A model generated the notes under the pieces. The model was not told where the DNA came from. It saw nothing but the letters and a program-made list of their open reading frames with translations, and made no database searches. Made by a program: the position numbers and the translations under genes. A stretch of DNA of 61,580 bases, the filler included, from Sandaracinaceae bacterium (GTDB taxonomy: Bacteria > Myxococcota_A > Polyangia > Polyangiales > JADJQN01), in assembly GCA_947483975.1 (NCBI GenBank). It is 19 parts of 19 records of this genome, joined end to end, with 100 filler letters (N's around TTAATTAATTAA, not from the genome) between each part and the next. Parts side by side here need not be neighbours in the genome. Positions count along the whole stretch, not along the records: positions 48,957 to 52,044 come from CANKOL010000509.1; positions 52,145 to 55,231 come from CANKOL010000510.1; positions 55,332 to 58,407 come from CANKOL010000511.1; positions 58,508 to 61,580 come from CANKOL010000512.1; 15 more parts are not named here. One strand, written 5' to 3'. The number at the start of each line of letters is the position of its first letter. Within the stretch, counting starts at the first letter, position 1. Shown here piece by piece: positions 51,229-61,580 of this stretch.

Positions 51229-51930
51229 ATGGATATGCCTGGGGACAGCGCTGGCTCGGACAGCTTGATCGAGCTCGGCGTCTACACGCTCGCGGCGCTC
51301 GGTGCGGACCGGAGCGGGACGGAGCTCGCGGCGGCGCTCGCGAGCAAGCAGGACGGGCTTCGCGCGGCCAAGCGGGGGCGGGACGCGAGCGATGAGGGGG
51401 CCATCGCGGCGGGCGCGCTCGCCGTCGCGGCGGAGGTCGACCTCGAGGGGGTGCTGCGCAGGATCGACTCGCGCGCGCTCGAGGCGGTGAACAAGAAGCG
51501 CGGGCTCGAGCCCTACGCCACGCTCCTGCCCGGAAACCTCACGCAGGCGCTCGCGCCGATGGGGCGCGCGCAAGCGGCGGAGGCGAGCCGCATCGCCAAC
51601 CTACTCGCGCCCTCGACGGGCGCGCGGCTCGCGGGCGTGACGGACGAGCTCGCCGGCTTCGCCCCGGAGCTGCGCGCGCGCGTGGCTGCTTTCGTCACGC
51701 GCATCGAGGGGCTGGAGGCCGCTGAGGTCGCCGCCGTCGCGGCGTACGGCGCCGAGCTGACGGCGCGCCGAGTGTGGCGCGAGCAGTACCGCAAGACGCA
51801 CGCGCTCCTGACCGCGCTCTACCCGAGCGACCTGCGCAAGGTCGAGTCGTTCTTCAAGGCGGCGAAGAAGGCGAAGAAGGCCACGGCGTCGAGCCCGAGC
51901 GCGCCGAGCGCGGGCGGCGCGGCGGGCTGA
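51229..51930 (+). CDS. alanine-rich helical hypothetical protein
   Basis: 233-aa ORF preceded by AAAGGGGA; no recognised catalytic motif. Confidence 0.6.
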   Translation: MDMPGDSAGSDSLIELGVYTLAALGADRSGTELAAALASKQDGLRAAKRGRDASDEGAIAAGALAVAAEVDLEGVLRRIDSRALEAVNKKRGLEPYATLLPGNLTQALAPMGRAQAAEASRIANLLAPSTGARLAGVTDELAGFAPELRARVAAFVTRIEGLEAAEVAAVAAYGAELTARRVWREQYRKTHALLTALYPSDLRKVESFFKAAKKAKKATASSPSAPSAGGAAG

Positions 51931-52144
51931 GCGGCAGTCGGCGCTCGGCCGCGATCTCGGCGGCAGGGACGCTCTGCGCGAGGAATCTTGCGGGAGAGTG
52001 GGCGGCGGGGGTCGCTGCCGCCGACTTTCCGCGCGGAGAGTCAGNNNNNNNNNNNNNNNNNNNNNNNNNNNNNNNNNNNNNNNNNNNNTTAATTAATTAA
52101 NNNNNNNNNNNNNNNNNNNNNNNNNNNNNNNNNNNNNNNNNNNN

Positions 52145-53685
52145 CGGAGTTCGTGCAGCTCGCGCGGCGAGAGCTGCGCGCGCTCGTCGGCGACGCGGCG
52201 GCGGACGGCGGCGGCTACACGATCACGACGACGATGGACCTGACGACCGAGCGCGCCGCGCGCACCGCCTTGCGCGGACAGCTCGAGCAATTCGATCGAC
52301 GGCACGAGCTGCGCGCGCCCTACGACGCGCCGCCGCGCCGCAACGCGCCGCGCTCGCCGCCGCGCGTCGCCATCCTGCAGACGGGGCACACCTACGACGC
52401 GGTCGTCACCGGCACGGACGACGCCGCCGGCACGGTCGAGCTCGACATCGGCGGGCATCGCGCGGTCGCCGACGTCAGCGCCGCGGCGCGCTTCAACCCC
52501 GAGAACCTGCCGCCGAGCCGCTTCGCGAAGCGCGGCGCGCGGCTGCGGGCGTCGGTGCAGCGGCTCGCCGAGACGGATGTGCGCGAGGCGACGGCGGACG
52601 CGCAGCTCGAGCTCGGACCCGAGGGCGCGGTCGTCGTGATCGATCCGCGCACGCGCGACGTGCTCGCGATCGTCGGCGGCTACGAGTCGTCGGGCGCGGG
52701 CTTCAACCGCGCGACGCAGGCGGTGCGGCAGCCGGGCTCGACCTTCAAGCCGATCGTGTATGGGCTCGGCGTGCGCTCGCGGCGGTTCACGCCGGCGTCG
52801 ATCGTGCTCGACGCGCCCGAGGTCTTCGACCAGTGGAAGCCGCAGAACTACGAGACCTGGCGCTACCAGGGTCCCGTGCGCGTGCGCGAGGCGATCGCGC
52901 AGTCGATCAACCTCGTCGCGGTGCGCGTGATGGAGGAGGTCACGCCCGTCGAGGCGGTGGCGTTCGCGCGGCAGCTTGGGCTGACGACGGCGCTCGATCC
53001 GACGCTGGCGCTCGCGCTCGGGGCGAGCGATGTGCGGCCGATCGAGCTGGTCAACGCGTACACGACCTTCGCCGCCGGAGGGCGCTTCGTCGCGCCGCGC
53101 TTCTTGCTGAAGATCGTCGGGCCCGATGGGCGTGAGGTGCCGCTGCCCGCGCGCGAACCTGCGCGCGAGGCGATGACGGCGGCCGAGGCGTACGTGCTGA
53201 CGAGCATGCTGACGAGCGTCGTGCAGACGGGCACCGCGGTCGCGGCGAAGCGGCTCGCGCGACCGATCGCGGGCAAGACGGGCACGAGCAACGAGGCGCG
53301 GGACGCGTGGTTCATGGGCTACACGCCCGACTTCGTCGCGGGCGTGTGGGTCGGCTACGACGACCGGCGCCCGCTCGGGCGGCGAGAGAGCGGCGCGCGA
53401 GCGGCGCTGCCAGTGTGGATCGACCTCGCGGCGGAGGTGCTCGCGGGGAGGCCCGCGGTGGACTTCCCGATGCCGAGCGGCGTGGTGACGGCGCGCATCG
53501 ACCCGGCGACGGGGCTGCTCGCGTACGAGGGCATGGCGGGCGCGCTCGACGAGGTCTTCCTCGAGGGCACGCAGCCGACCGAGAGCGCGACGCCGGCCGA
53601 CGTCGCGGATCCGAGCACGTTCCTGATGGAGCAGCTCGGGGGGACGACCTCGAACGCGCCCGCCCCCGCCGGAGCGCATCCGTGA
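52145..53685 (+). CDS. class A penicillin-binding protein (PBP1A type), 5'-partial
   Basis: RQPGSTFKP (SxxK), SIN, GKTGT and DAWF.GY motifs, with an OB-like insert. Confidence 0.92.
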
Positions 53686-55190
53686 AGCGGGCGGGCGTCA
53701 CGCTGACGCTCGTCGTGCGCGGCTGGCTGACCGCGGCGCTGCTCGTGAGCACGTCGGCGGCGCAGGCGCAGAGCACGACCATCACCCCGAGCGCGGCGCG
53801 CTCGACCTTGGACGCGACGGCCTCCGCGCTCGCGGACCAAGTGCGCCTCGCGCTCGCGACGCCGGGGGCGGCGAGCCTGCGCGGAGAGCTGCGCGTCGAG
53901 GTGTGCGCCGCGCTCGGAGATGCGCCGCATGGCGAGGCGCTGACGACGGCGCTGACCGGGCCGACGCTCGCGACGCTGCGAGCAGACCGGCGCTTCTCGT
54001 CGTTCGAGGTGCGCGCGCTCGACGCGGGCGCCGCGGCGGATGAGAGCGACGCCGCGGCGCGCTCGGCTGCGCACGATGGCTTCGACGCGCTGCTGCGCGT
54101 CGTGGTGGAGACGCGCGGCAATTACCTCATCGCGCGGGGCGCGCTCTGGGGCACCTCGCGGGGCGGCTGGCGCGCGCTCTTTCGCGCGGCGCCGGTGCAG
54201 CTCGGCGCGGCGTTCGTGCGGGCGCGGCTCGACGCGGAGCTGCGGGTCTATGTCGGCGCGCTGCCGCAGGTGACGGCAGAGACGGTCGTCGCGCGGGCGC
54301 TGCGGCTGCCGGGGCGCGGCTACGTGGCGCTCGCGGCGGCGGACCTCGACGATGATGGTCGGAGCGAGCTGCTGCTCGTACACGCAGACGCGCTCGAGGT
54401 CGTGCGGCTGACGGCGGGGGAGCACGGACGACCGCGGCTCGAGCCAGTCGCGAGCACGGGCTTCGGCGCCGGGCTGCCGCGCGCGTCCTCTCGACCGCAG
54501 CGCGCGATCGGCACGGCGGTGGTGGACGGCGACAGCGTCCTCGTGCGCTCGAGCGAGCTCGCGACGGCGGCGCGCGCGCGACTCGTCGAGGGCGCGCTCA
54601 CGGTGATCGCCGACGCGATGCCTTGCGGCGGAGACACCTACCCCCTCGGCGATGCGTGCGCGCTCGCGGTGCCTGGGCACGACCAGTTCGCGCCGCGACT
54701 GGCCGCGCGCGAGGGCGGCGCGGCGTGTCCCGAAGGCGCGCAGGGCCCTCACGGGCGTCCGAGCGGGCCGCTCGCGCTCGCGGGCTTCTACGCGCGGGCG
54801 GCGCGCACGCTGCGGCACGCCGACGGGACGACGCAGCTCGTCGAGGCGGTCGTCACCCCCGCGGGACGCCTCGCGGTGCAGGTCGGCGGACGCCCGGGCG
54901 GCGCCGTCAGCTACGGCACGGCGCTCGCGCTCGCGGACCTCGAAGACGACGGGCTCGCGGAGCTGCTGACGAGCGGCGCGGGGCCCGCGGGCGAGGGCGA
55001 TCACCTCGCGCTCCTGCGCGTCCGCGACTCGGCGCAGGTCGTCGCGGTGTGGCAGAGCGACGCGCTGCCGGGCGACGTCTGGGTGGCCGCGAGCGCGGAT
55101 CTCGACGACGACGGCCTCGAGGAATTGCTCGCCGTCGAGGAGCCCGCGCCGGGCTCGACCGACCCCGCGCGGCTCTGGGTGGTGCGGTGA
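53682..55190 (+). CDS. secreted FG-GAP-like repeat protein
   Basis: Signal peptide; three ADL[DE]DDG..ELL motifs; GTGA coupling to the PBP gene. Confidence 0.7.
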   Translation: MKRAGVTLTLVVRGWLTAALLVSTSAAQAQSTTITPSAARSTLDATASALADQVRLALATPGAASLRGELRVEVCAALGDAPHGEALTTALTGPTLATLRADRRFSSFEVRALDAGAAADESDAAARSAAHDGFDALLRVVVETRGNYLIARGALWGTSRGGWRALFRAAPVQLGAAFVRARLDAELRVYVGALPQVTAETVVARALRLPGRGYVALAAADLDDDGRSELLLVHADALEVVRLTAGEHGRPRLEPVASTGFGAGLPRASSRPQRAIGTAVVDGDSVLVRSSELATAARARLVEGALTVIADAMPCGGDTYPLGDACALAVPGHDQFAPRLAAREGGAACPEGAQGPHGRPSGPLALAGFYARAARTLRHADGTTQLVEAVVTPAGRLAVQVGGRPGGAVSYGTALALADLEDDGLAELLTSGAGPAGEGDHLALLRVRDSAQVVAVWQSDALPGDVWVAASADLDDDGLEELLAVEEPAPGSTDPARLWVVR

Positions 55191-55331
55191 CGCCGCGGGC
55201 GGCGACGGCGCTGCGCGTGTCGACTACGCTCNNNNNNNNNNNNNNNNNNNNNNNNNNNNNNNNNNNNNNNNNNNNTTAATTAATTAANNNNNNNNNNNNN
55301 NNNNNNNNNNNNNNNNNNNNNNNNNNNNNNN

Positions 55332-56412
55332 CGAGCGCCCGCGCGAAGCGGGCGACGTCCGTGGCGCGGGAGGCGAGGATCGCGAGGCGCGGTGTCCCGC
55401 CGAGGCCGGGTCTGCGGAGGCGCAGCGCCGCGGCGCGCAGCGTGATGGCGGCGTCTGCGTCGCAGAGCGCCACGCGCTCACCGCGGGCATCGAGCACGAT
55501 GAGGGCGCCGACGGCGAGCAGGCCGCTGAGCGCGCGGAGCACCTCGAGGTCGGTCGCCGGCAAGAGGTCGAGGAGCTCGTCGATGGCGCGCGGCTCCTCG
55601 AGGTGCTCGAGCAGCTCTCTCGCCGCCGCGGAGCATCGCTCGGGGAAGAACGCGCGCCCGAGCGTCGCGCCCCCGCCCGGGAGCTGCCCGCGGAAGCGCG
55701 CGACCTCGTCGCCCTGACGCGCGGCCTCGATCAGCAGATGCTCCGTCGGCGCGTCGATGCGCTCGCGCGGGGAGCGCACGCCGGGCGAGAACACGAACTG
55801 CCCCGTCGTGATCGCGAGCGCGCGGAACAGCGCCTTCTCGCCGACCGCCGCGCCGAAGAGCGCGTCGACGATGCGCCCCTCGTGCACGCGCACCTCGGCG
55901 CTCGCGACGCCCGTCTCGACGCGCAGCGCGCCCGTGCGGCGATTCGCGGAGAAGACCTGCAGCAGATCGAAGAGCGCGACCTGCCCGAGGTCGCCGCGCA
56001 GCTCTGGTTCGCGCGCTGGCGCGGCCCGTGCCGCGAGGACGCGCTCGACGCGCGCCGCGACCTCGGCCGTCTGAAACGGCTTCACGATCGGCTCGGCGCG
56101 CGCATCGATCGTCGCGATGCGCGCGAGGTCTCCGCGCCCCATCACGAACGTGTGCGCCTCGGAGGTGCGCGGGTTGTCGCGCAGCACCTCGAGGAAGGTC
56201 CGCACGTCGACGACGGGGATGTCGCGGTCGACGAGCACGACCTCGGGCGAGGTCTCGACGGCGCGCGCGAGCCCTGTGCGCCCATCGGTCGCGAGCACGA
56301 CGGTGTGACCACGCCCGCGCAGCGCGTCGGCGAGGGCGCCGAGCGTGTCCCAGTCGCCGTCGACGATCAGGACGCGCCCGCGTACGCGCTCTGGGGGCGG
56401 CACGGTGGTCAT
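55332..56412 (-). CDS. receiver + DUF4388 (PatA_N-like) domain protein, 3'-partial
   Basis: REC (VLIVD..., VLVD, KPF), then LRGDL....LFDLLQ.....RRTG.L......G.I.DA......GEKALFR......G.F.F. Confidence 0.85.
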
Positions 56413-58295
56413 GAGCGCAGCTCCGGCTGGAGGTGATAGGTGGCCTGCAGCGACCAGAGCAGCCCCTCGACGAGATCGAGGTCGGCGGCGTGAAACGCGA
56501 GCAGCGTCGCGGGCGCGAGCGGGCGCGCGACGAGCGCGTAGCCCCCGAGCTCCGTCAGCGCGAGGACCAGCGTCGCGCGCGTGAGCCGCACGTCCTCGAG
56601 CGGGAGGCGGTAGGCGGACGCGACGTCGTCGAGGTCAGGCGCGGGGCCGAGCACCCAAGCGCGCAACGGGCTGCGCTCAGCGCCCTCGAGCGCGCGGGCG
56701 ACGGCGTGCCCGAGCGCCGCGTCACCCGCGACGTAGATGGTGCCCGCCGCGCCGAGCCGCACGGCGTCCGCGACGAGCTCTCCGGCGATCACCGGCACGA
56801 GCGCGTCCGTCATCGCCGCGTGCCGCACGAGCGCCTCGTCGTCGTGCGCGCGCCGCAGGTCGAGGTGCAGCGAGACCGTCCCGTCGCGCCCGAGCGCGCT
56901 CTCGTCTTCGCTGCCGAGCAGCACCTCGAGCTGCGCCCAGAACGGCATCCCCGCGAGGCCGAGCTTGCGGAACACGCCGCGCCTCGAGCGCTCCGAGCGT
57001 CGCCGGGCAGCGCGGAGGAGCCGCCCCAGATCGTTGCCATCTTGTGGATACACGGCCACGCCGATCACGGGCACGAGCGGCTCGCTCACGGTCGTTCTCA
57101 TCGTCTCGGCGAGCGCGCGCAGGCGCTCCTCGATCCGACGACGGCAGGTGAGCGCGCCGAGCAGCCCGGTCTCCGGCAAGAGCAGATAGAACTCGTCGTC
57201 CTCGACGCGCGCGAGCACGTCGCTGTCGCGCACCGCGTCGAGGATCGCGTCCGCCGTCATACGCCGCAGCTCGAGCGCCGCGTGCGGGTCGAGCGTCGCC
57301 CGAGCGCGCGCGAGCCCGTCGACGGCGACGGTGAGCAGGCCGAATTGCCTGCCGTGCCGCGTCGCGCGATCGATCTCGCGCCCGGCGGCGTCGCCGAAGT
57401 ACGCGAAGGTGTAGGCGCTGGTCTCGGGATCCTTGATGCCGCCCCGCGCGATCAGCTCGACCTTCTTCGCCGCGGCGAACGCGGCGGTGCCGAGCGCGGC
57501 GATCACCTGCAGCCCTTCGAGCTCGTCGGCCGAGAGCGGCGCGCTGCCCTCGCGCAGAAGCTCGACCACGCAGGCGACGGACGAGTCGCCGAGCAGCAGC
57601 ACCCGCACGCTCGCGCCGTGCTCGACGACGAGGTCCATCGGGCTCATCGCCGCGACCTCGTTCGCCTCGAGCTCCTTGGGCAGGCGCTCCACTTGCCCTG
57701 CCGCGGCGACGCGCGCGAGGCGCCGCTCGCCCGAGTCTTCCGGCACGTAGATCGCCGCCGCGAGCGACGGCACCTCGCCGGCGCACGCGTCGAGCACGCG
57801 GGCGGCGATCGCGTCTTGCTCGGTCTCGCTGACGAACGCCGCGCAGCGCGCGTAGGTCGCCGAGCGATGGCGGCTCGTCGCCCCCTCGACGCTGAGCCGC
57901 GCGCGCTCGCGGATCAGCATCCGACGCTCGCGCGCCCGGTCGGCCGCGACGAGCACCGCGTCCCCGGTCAGGGGGCGCATCACCGTCGTGAGCACGCCGA
58001 GGGCCATCGCGTGCGCCGACTGCTCGACCTCGGCGGTGTTCGCGACGCAGACGACGTCGACGTCCGGGTAGAGCGCGCGCAGATGGTGCACGAGCGCGAG
58101 CCCGCCGCCGTTCGGCATGGCGAGCGAGAGCAGCACGAGGTCGAAAGGCTCCCGCGTCAGGCGCGCGAGCGCGTCCGTGACGCCGTCGGCGACCTGCGCG
58201 TCGTCGCCGTAGTCGGAGAGCACCGCGGAGATGAAGCGCGCGTCGTCGAGGTCGAGCGTGACGACGAGCGCGCGCAGCCGCGGCGGCAGGCTCAT
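56409..58295 (-). CDS. REC-GAF-like-degenerate GGDEF protein
   Basis: N-terminal REC; D.ET.AY...YF.....REI.RA.R; RDSD...RVEDDEF; IGVA.YP.DG. Confidence 0.82.
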   Translation of the reverse strand: MSLPPRLRALVVTLDLDDARFISAVLSDYGDDAQVADGVTDALARLTREPFDLVLLSLAMPNGGGLALVHHLRALYPDVDVVCVANTAEVEQSAHAMALGVLTTVMRPLTGDAVLVAADRARERRMLIRERARLSVEGATSRHRSATYARCAAFVSETEQDAIAARVLDACAGEVPSLAAAIYVPEDSGERRLARVAAAGQVERLPKELEANEVAAMSPMDLVVEHGASVRVLLLGDSSVACVVELLREGSAPLSADELEGLQVIAALGTAAFAAAKKVELIARGGIKDPETSAYTFAYFGDAAGREIDRATRHGRQFGLLTVAVDGLARARATLDPHAALELRRMTADAILDAVRDSDVLARVEDDEFYLLLPETGLLGALTCRRRIEERLRALAETMRTTVSEPLVPVIGVAVYPQDGNDLGRLLRAARRRSERSRRGVFRKLGLAGMPFWAQLEVLLGSEDESALGRDGTVSLHLDLRRAHDDEALVRHAAMTDALVPVIAGELVADAVRLGAAGTIYVAGDAALGHAVARALEGAERSPLRAWVLGPAPDLDDVASAYRLPLEDVRLTRATLVLALTELGGYALVARPLAPATLLAFHAADLDLVEGLLWSLQATYHLQPELRS

Positions 58296-58407
58296 GCGCC
58301 GCTCGCGCCGCGCGGGAGCATCGCGCGCAGCAGCGTCCCATCGAAGACGTGCCGCGCCGGACCCGTCATGTGCACGCGCTCGCCCTGCGCGCCGACCCGC
58401 ACGACGA
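58292..58407 (-). CDS. dapF: diaminopimelate epimerase, C-terminal fragment
   Basis: Manual translation VVRVGAQGERVHMTGPARHVFDG...*; ATGA overlap with the next gene. Confidence 0.7.
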
Positions 58408-58507
58408 NNNNNNNNNNNNNNNNNNNNNNNNNNNNNNNNNNNNNNNNNNNNTTAATTAATTAANNNNNNNNNNNNNNNNNNNNNNNNNNNNNNNNNNNNN
58501 NNNNNNN

Positions 58508-58645
58508 GACGATGTGCGCGCCGTGGCCGTCGCGACGCTCGCGCACCGCGTCCGACCTGCGGGCGCGCGCGATGGGATGGCCGTCGCGCACGCGGGCGAG
58601 CGCGTCATCCGCGAGCTGCTCGCGGAGCTCGCGGTGCCGGTCTGA
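58508..58645 (+). CDS. MoxR AAA ATPase, C-terminal fragment
   Basis: DDVRAVAVATLAHRV...VIRELLAELAVPV*; upstream of DUF58 and the transglutaminase. Confidence 0.75.
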   Translation, partial: DDVRAVAVATLAHRVRPAGARDGMAVAHAGERVIRELLAELAVPV

Positions 58646-58653
58646 GCGGCGCC

Positions 58654-59697
58654 GTGGCTGCGAAGCCGACGACCCCGCGCGTGCGGATCGGCTGGCGCAC
58701 GACGCGCGAGGGCAAGGTGTTCTTCCTCGTCACGCTGGGCGTCGGCGTCGCGGCGATCAACACCGGGAACAACCTGCTCTTTCTCGTGCTCGGCTTCTTG
58801 CTCGCGCTCGTGATCCTGAGCGGCGTGATGAGCGAGACGGCGCTCCGCGGCGTGCGCATCGAGCGGCGGCTGCCGGCGCGCGCGTTCGCAGGGCAGGTCG
58901 CGCTCGTCGAGGTCGCCCTGACGAACGCCAAGCGACGCCTCGCGAGCTACTCGCTCGAGGTCGAGGACGTCGCCGAGAACGCGCCGACGGAGCGGCGCTG
59001 CTACTTCCTCAAGATCGCGCCGGGCGCGCGGCAGGTGGCCGCGTATCGGCGCACGACCAGGGCGCGCGGACCGCTGCGGCTCGCGTCGTTCCGCCTCGCG
59101 ACGCGGTACCCGTTCGGCATCATCGAGAAGTCGCTGCTCTTCTCGGCGCCGGCCGAGCTGGTCGTGTACCCGGCGCTCGTGCCGGTGGCCGAGAGCGCGC
59201 TCCCGCGGGCGCTCGGTGGGCTCGAGGTGCCGAGCCTGCGCGTCGGACCGGGCGCGGAGGTCGCGGGACTGCGCGATCATCGGGAGGGCGACGAGGCGCG
59301 GGCGGTTCATTGGCGGCGCACTGCGTCGCTCGGGCGGCTCGTGGTGCGGGAGCGCGCGCTCGATCAGGCGACGCGGCTGGCGCTCGTCGTAGACAACGCG
59401 AGACCGGCGGACGCGAGCGCCGCCTGGGACGAAGCCTTCGAGCTCGCGATCTCGCGCGCAGCGTGGCTCGCGCAGCGTGGGCTCGCGCGGGGCGCTGCGG
59501 TGGAGGTGCTGGCGCGCGGCGTGCGCTCGCCGCTGGTCGTCGCCGGGCATCCCGCCGATCCGCTGTGGCGCTTTCTCGCGCTGCTGCGCCCCGTCCCCGC
59601 GGGCACGGCGCCCGCCCTCGCGTCGGCGAGCAGCACCGCGCGCGCGCTCGTCGTGGGCGACCTCGGCGACGGCCAGCCTGGGACGCGCGCCGCATGA
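58654..59697 (+). CDS. DUF58 domain protein
   Basis: AAINTGNNLLFL, TRYPFG and GLRDHREGDEARAVHWRRTA motifs. Confidence 0.88.
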   Translation: MAAKPTTPRVRIGWRTTREGKVFFLVTLGVGVAAINTGNNLLFLVLGFLLALVILSGVMSETALRGVRIERRLPARAFAGQVALVEVALTNAKRRLASYSLEVEDVAENAPTERRCYFLKIAPGARQVAAYRRTTRARGPLRLASFRLATRYPFGIIEKSLLFSAPAELVVYPALVPVAESALPRALGGLEVPSLRVGPGAEVAGLRDHREGDEARAVHWRRTASLGRLVVRERALDQATRLALVVDNARPADASAAWDEAFELAISRAAWLAQRGLARGAAVEVLARGVRSPLVVAGHPADPLWRFLALLRPVPAGTAPALASASSTARALVVGDLGDGQPGTRAA

Positions 59698-61580
59698 GCT
59701 TCGCGTCGCTGCACAAGCTGATCGCGTACCTGATCTCGGGGCTCGGGCTCGTCGCGCTCTCGCTCGGCGGCGAGCTCAGCGGGCTCTCGCTCACGCTGAT
59801 CGCGCTCGGCTGGGCGGCGAGCCTCTTCGCGGAGGGCGAGCGCATCGCGAAGCCCGGCTGGGCGCGCGCCTGGACGGCGGGCGTGCTCGGCTTCCTCGGC
59901 GTGCAGCTCGTGCGCGGCGTCTTCGACGGGCCGATCCTGGCGCTCGCGATGGAATTCACGGCGTTCTTGCAGCTCTCGCGGCTGATGAACCGGCGCGGCG
60001 CGCGCGACTATCAGCAGATCGCGGTGCTCGCGTTCTTGCACCTGATCGCCGCGACGGTGCTGTCGACGGAGCTCACCTACGGGGTGGTCTTCCTCGGCTT
60101 CGTCATCGTGACGCCGTGGATGCTCGCGCTCTCGCACCTGCGCCGCGAGATCGAGGGGAACTACCCGGGCGCGTCGCCGACGGAGGGGCGCGCCGTCGCG
60201 GATGTGCGCCGCGTGCTCGCGTCTCGGCGGGTCGTCGGACCACGCTTTCTCGTCGGCACGGCGGCGCTCGCGCTGCCGATCTTCGTGCTCACCGCGGGGA
60301 TCTTCCTGTTCTTTCCGCGCGTCGGGCTCGGGCTGCTGACGTTCGGGCGCGGGCGCTCGCAGCGCGTCGCGGGCTTCGGCAACAGCGTGGATCTCAGCGG
60401 CTTCGGCACGATCCGCGATGATCCGACCGTCGTGCTGCGGGTGTCGCCGCTGCCGGGGACGCCGAGGCCGCGCCCGCCGCGCCTCGGGCTGCGCCTGCGC
60501 GGCACCTCGTTCGATCGCTACGACGGTCGTCGGTGGACGCGCTCGCTCAGCGACGTGCGCTCGGTGGGGCACCTCGAGGAGGTGTACCCGCTCTCGCGGC
60601 ATCCGGAGGCTGGGCGCGATCTGCCGCTGCGCATCGTGCTCGAGCCGCTCGATGAGCCGGTGCTGTTTCTGCCGCCGGGGACGGTCGCGGTCTCCGTCGC
60701 ACCGCGCAACGTCTCGGGGCTGTCGCGCGGGCGCGAGCTGCGCCTCTCGGCCGGCATGGACCTGCGCTACGCGGACGGCGACGACGTCGGCTTGGTCTAC
60801 GTCGCGCACCTCTCGCGCGACCCTGCCGAGGCGACGCTGCCCGCGCCGAGCGACGCCGAGCGCCTCGCCTACCTCGACGTCCCGCCGCAGCACGAGCGCG
60901 TCGTGGCGCTCGCGGCGACGCTGACGCGCGGCGCGACGACGCCCCGCGAGAAGGCCGAGCGGCTGACGCGCTACCTCCGGGACGACGGGCGCTTCAGCTA
61001 TACGCTCGACGTCACGGACCCGGGCGAGACGCCGCCGCTCGAGCTCTTTCTCTTTCGCACCAAGGCGGGTCACTGCGAGTTCTTCGCGACCGCGCTCGCG
61101 GTGCTGCTCCGCGCGAGCGGCGTGCCGGCGCGCAACGTGACGGGGTTCCTCGGCGGGCGATACAACGGCTACGGCGACTACTACGCGGTCCGGCAAGGCG
61201 ACGCGCACAGCTGGGTCGAGGCGTGGCTCGGCGACGCGGAAGGCTGGGTCACCTTCGATCCGACGCCGCCGCGCCGCGCCGAGCTTGGGCCGCAGGACGG
61301 CGCGCTCTCCGGGCTCGAGGCGCTGTTCGACGCGCTCCGCACGCGCTGGACGACGCGCGTCGTCGGCTACGATCTCGACGCGCAGGTCGCGCTCTTCCGC
61401 AACCTCGCGCGCTTCTTCACGGGCGGCTCCGGGGACGAGCATCTGCGGCAGCACCGGGGGCTCGACGCGAGCGACGCGGCGCATCGCGCGCAGCCCTCGA
61501 GCCGCACGCCGTGGCTCGTCGCCGCGCTCGCCGCGCTGCTGGTCGCGCTCGTCGTCTCGCGCGCGAGACGTGCCCGCGGC
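59694..61580 (+). CDS. TgpA-like transglutaminase (multi-TM N-terminus + transglutaminase core), 3'-partial
   Basis: Read manually from ATG 59694: TM segments, LFFPR, LRG.SFD.YDG..W, GHCEFFATA..LLR..GVPAR.VTGF.GG, DAHSWVE and W..FDPTP. Confidence 0.9.
   Translation, partial: MSFASLHKLIAYLISGLGLVALSLGGELSGLSLTLIALGWAASLFAEGERIAKPGWARAWTAGVLGFLGVQLVRGVFDGPILALAMEFTAFLQLSRLMNRRGARDYQQIAVLAFLHLIAATVLSTELTYGVVFLGFVIVTPWMLALSHLRREIEGNYPGASPTEGRAVADVRRVLASRRVVGPRFLVGTAALALPIFVLTAGIFLFFPRVGLGLLTFGRGRSQRVAGFGNSVDLSGFGTIRDDPTVVLRVSPLPGTPRPRPPRLGLRLRGTSFDRYDGRRWTRSLSDVRSVGHLEEVYPLSRHPEAGRDLPLRIVLEPLDEPVLFLPPGTVAVSVAPRNVSGLSRGRELRLSAGMDLRYADGDDVGLVYVAHLSRDPAEATLPAPSDAERLAYLDVPPQHERVVALAATLTRGATTPREKAERLTRYLRDDGRFSYTLDVTDPGETPPLELFLFRTKAGHCEFFATALAVLLRASGVPARNVTGFLGGRYNGYGDYYAVRQGDAHSWVEAWLGDAEGWVTFDPTPPRRAELGPQDGALSGLEALFDALRTRWTTRVVGYDLDAQVALFRNLARFFTGGSGDEHLRQHRGLDASDAAHRAQPSSRTPWLVAALAALLVALVVSRARRARG

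Noticed and set aside
58508..61580. MoxR-DUF58-transglutaminase as a novel system
   Set aside because: A well-known, widespread gene trio. The second DUF58 at 19028 is on an unlinked contig.

Overview
This window is not contiguous DNA. It is 19 short contigs (about 3.1-3.3 kb, in roughly decreasing length) joined by N-run + TTAATTAATTAA + N-run linkers, so adjacency across a linker means nothing and many genes are cut at contig edges. The very high GC and gene content suggest a myxobacterium (Myxococcota, Polyangia-like; inference). Most of it is ordinary: argD-argF, cstA, ABC1 kinase, yciH, alr-mlaE-mlaF, cheA-cheW-cheW-HEAT, acyl-CoA dehydrogenase, rlpA, glmU, an ArsA-family ATPase, PBP1A, dapF and MoxR-DUF58-transglutaminase. 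The accessory parts are more interesting. (1) An apparently complete 3.2-kb three-gene transposon (Cys/His accessory ORF, DDE transposase, ExeA-like AAA ATPase) with TGT...ACA ends and a 19-bp subterminal inverted repeat. (2) A structured ~160-bp repeat: two near-identical copies bracket an internally deleted brnT plus putative antitoxin, and a third, diverged copy lies on another contig. (3) An IS66 abutting a large ORF that may be an Avs/STAND-type defence protein. (4) A radical SAM / epimerase / PIG-L locus ending in an IS1182. (5) A recurring -10 box 6-8 nt before start codons, suggesting widespread leaderless mRNAs. Family assignments come from motif recognition only; no searches were run.
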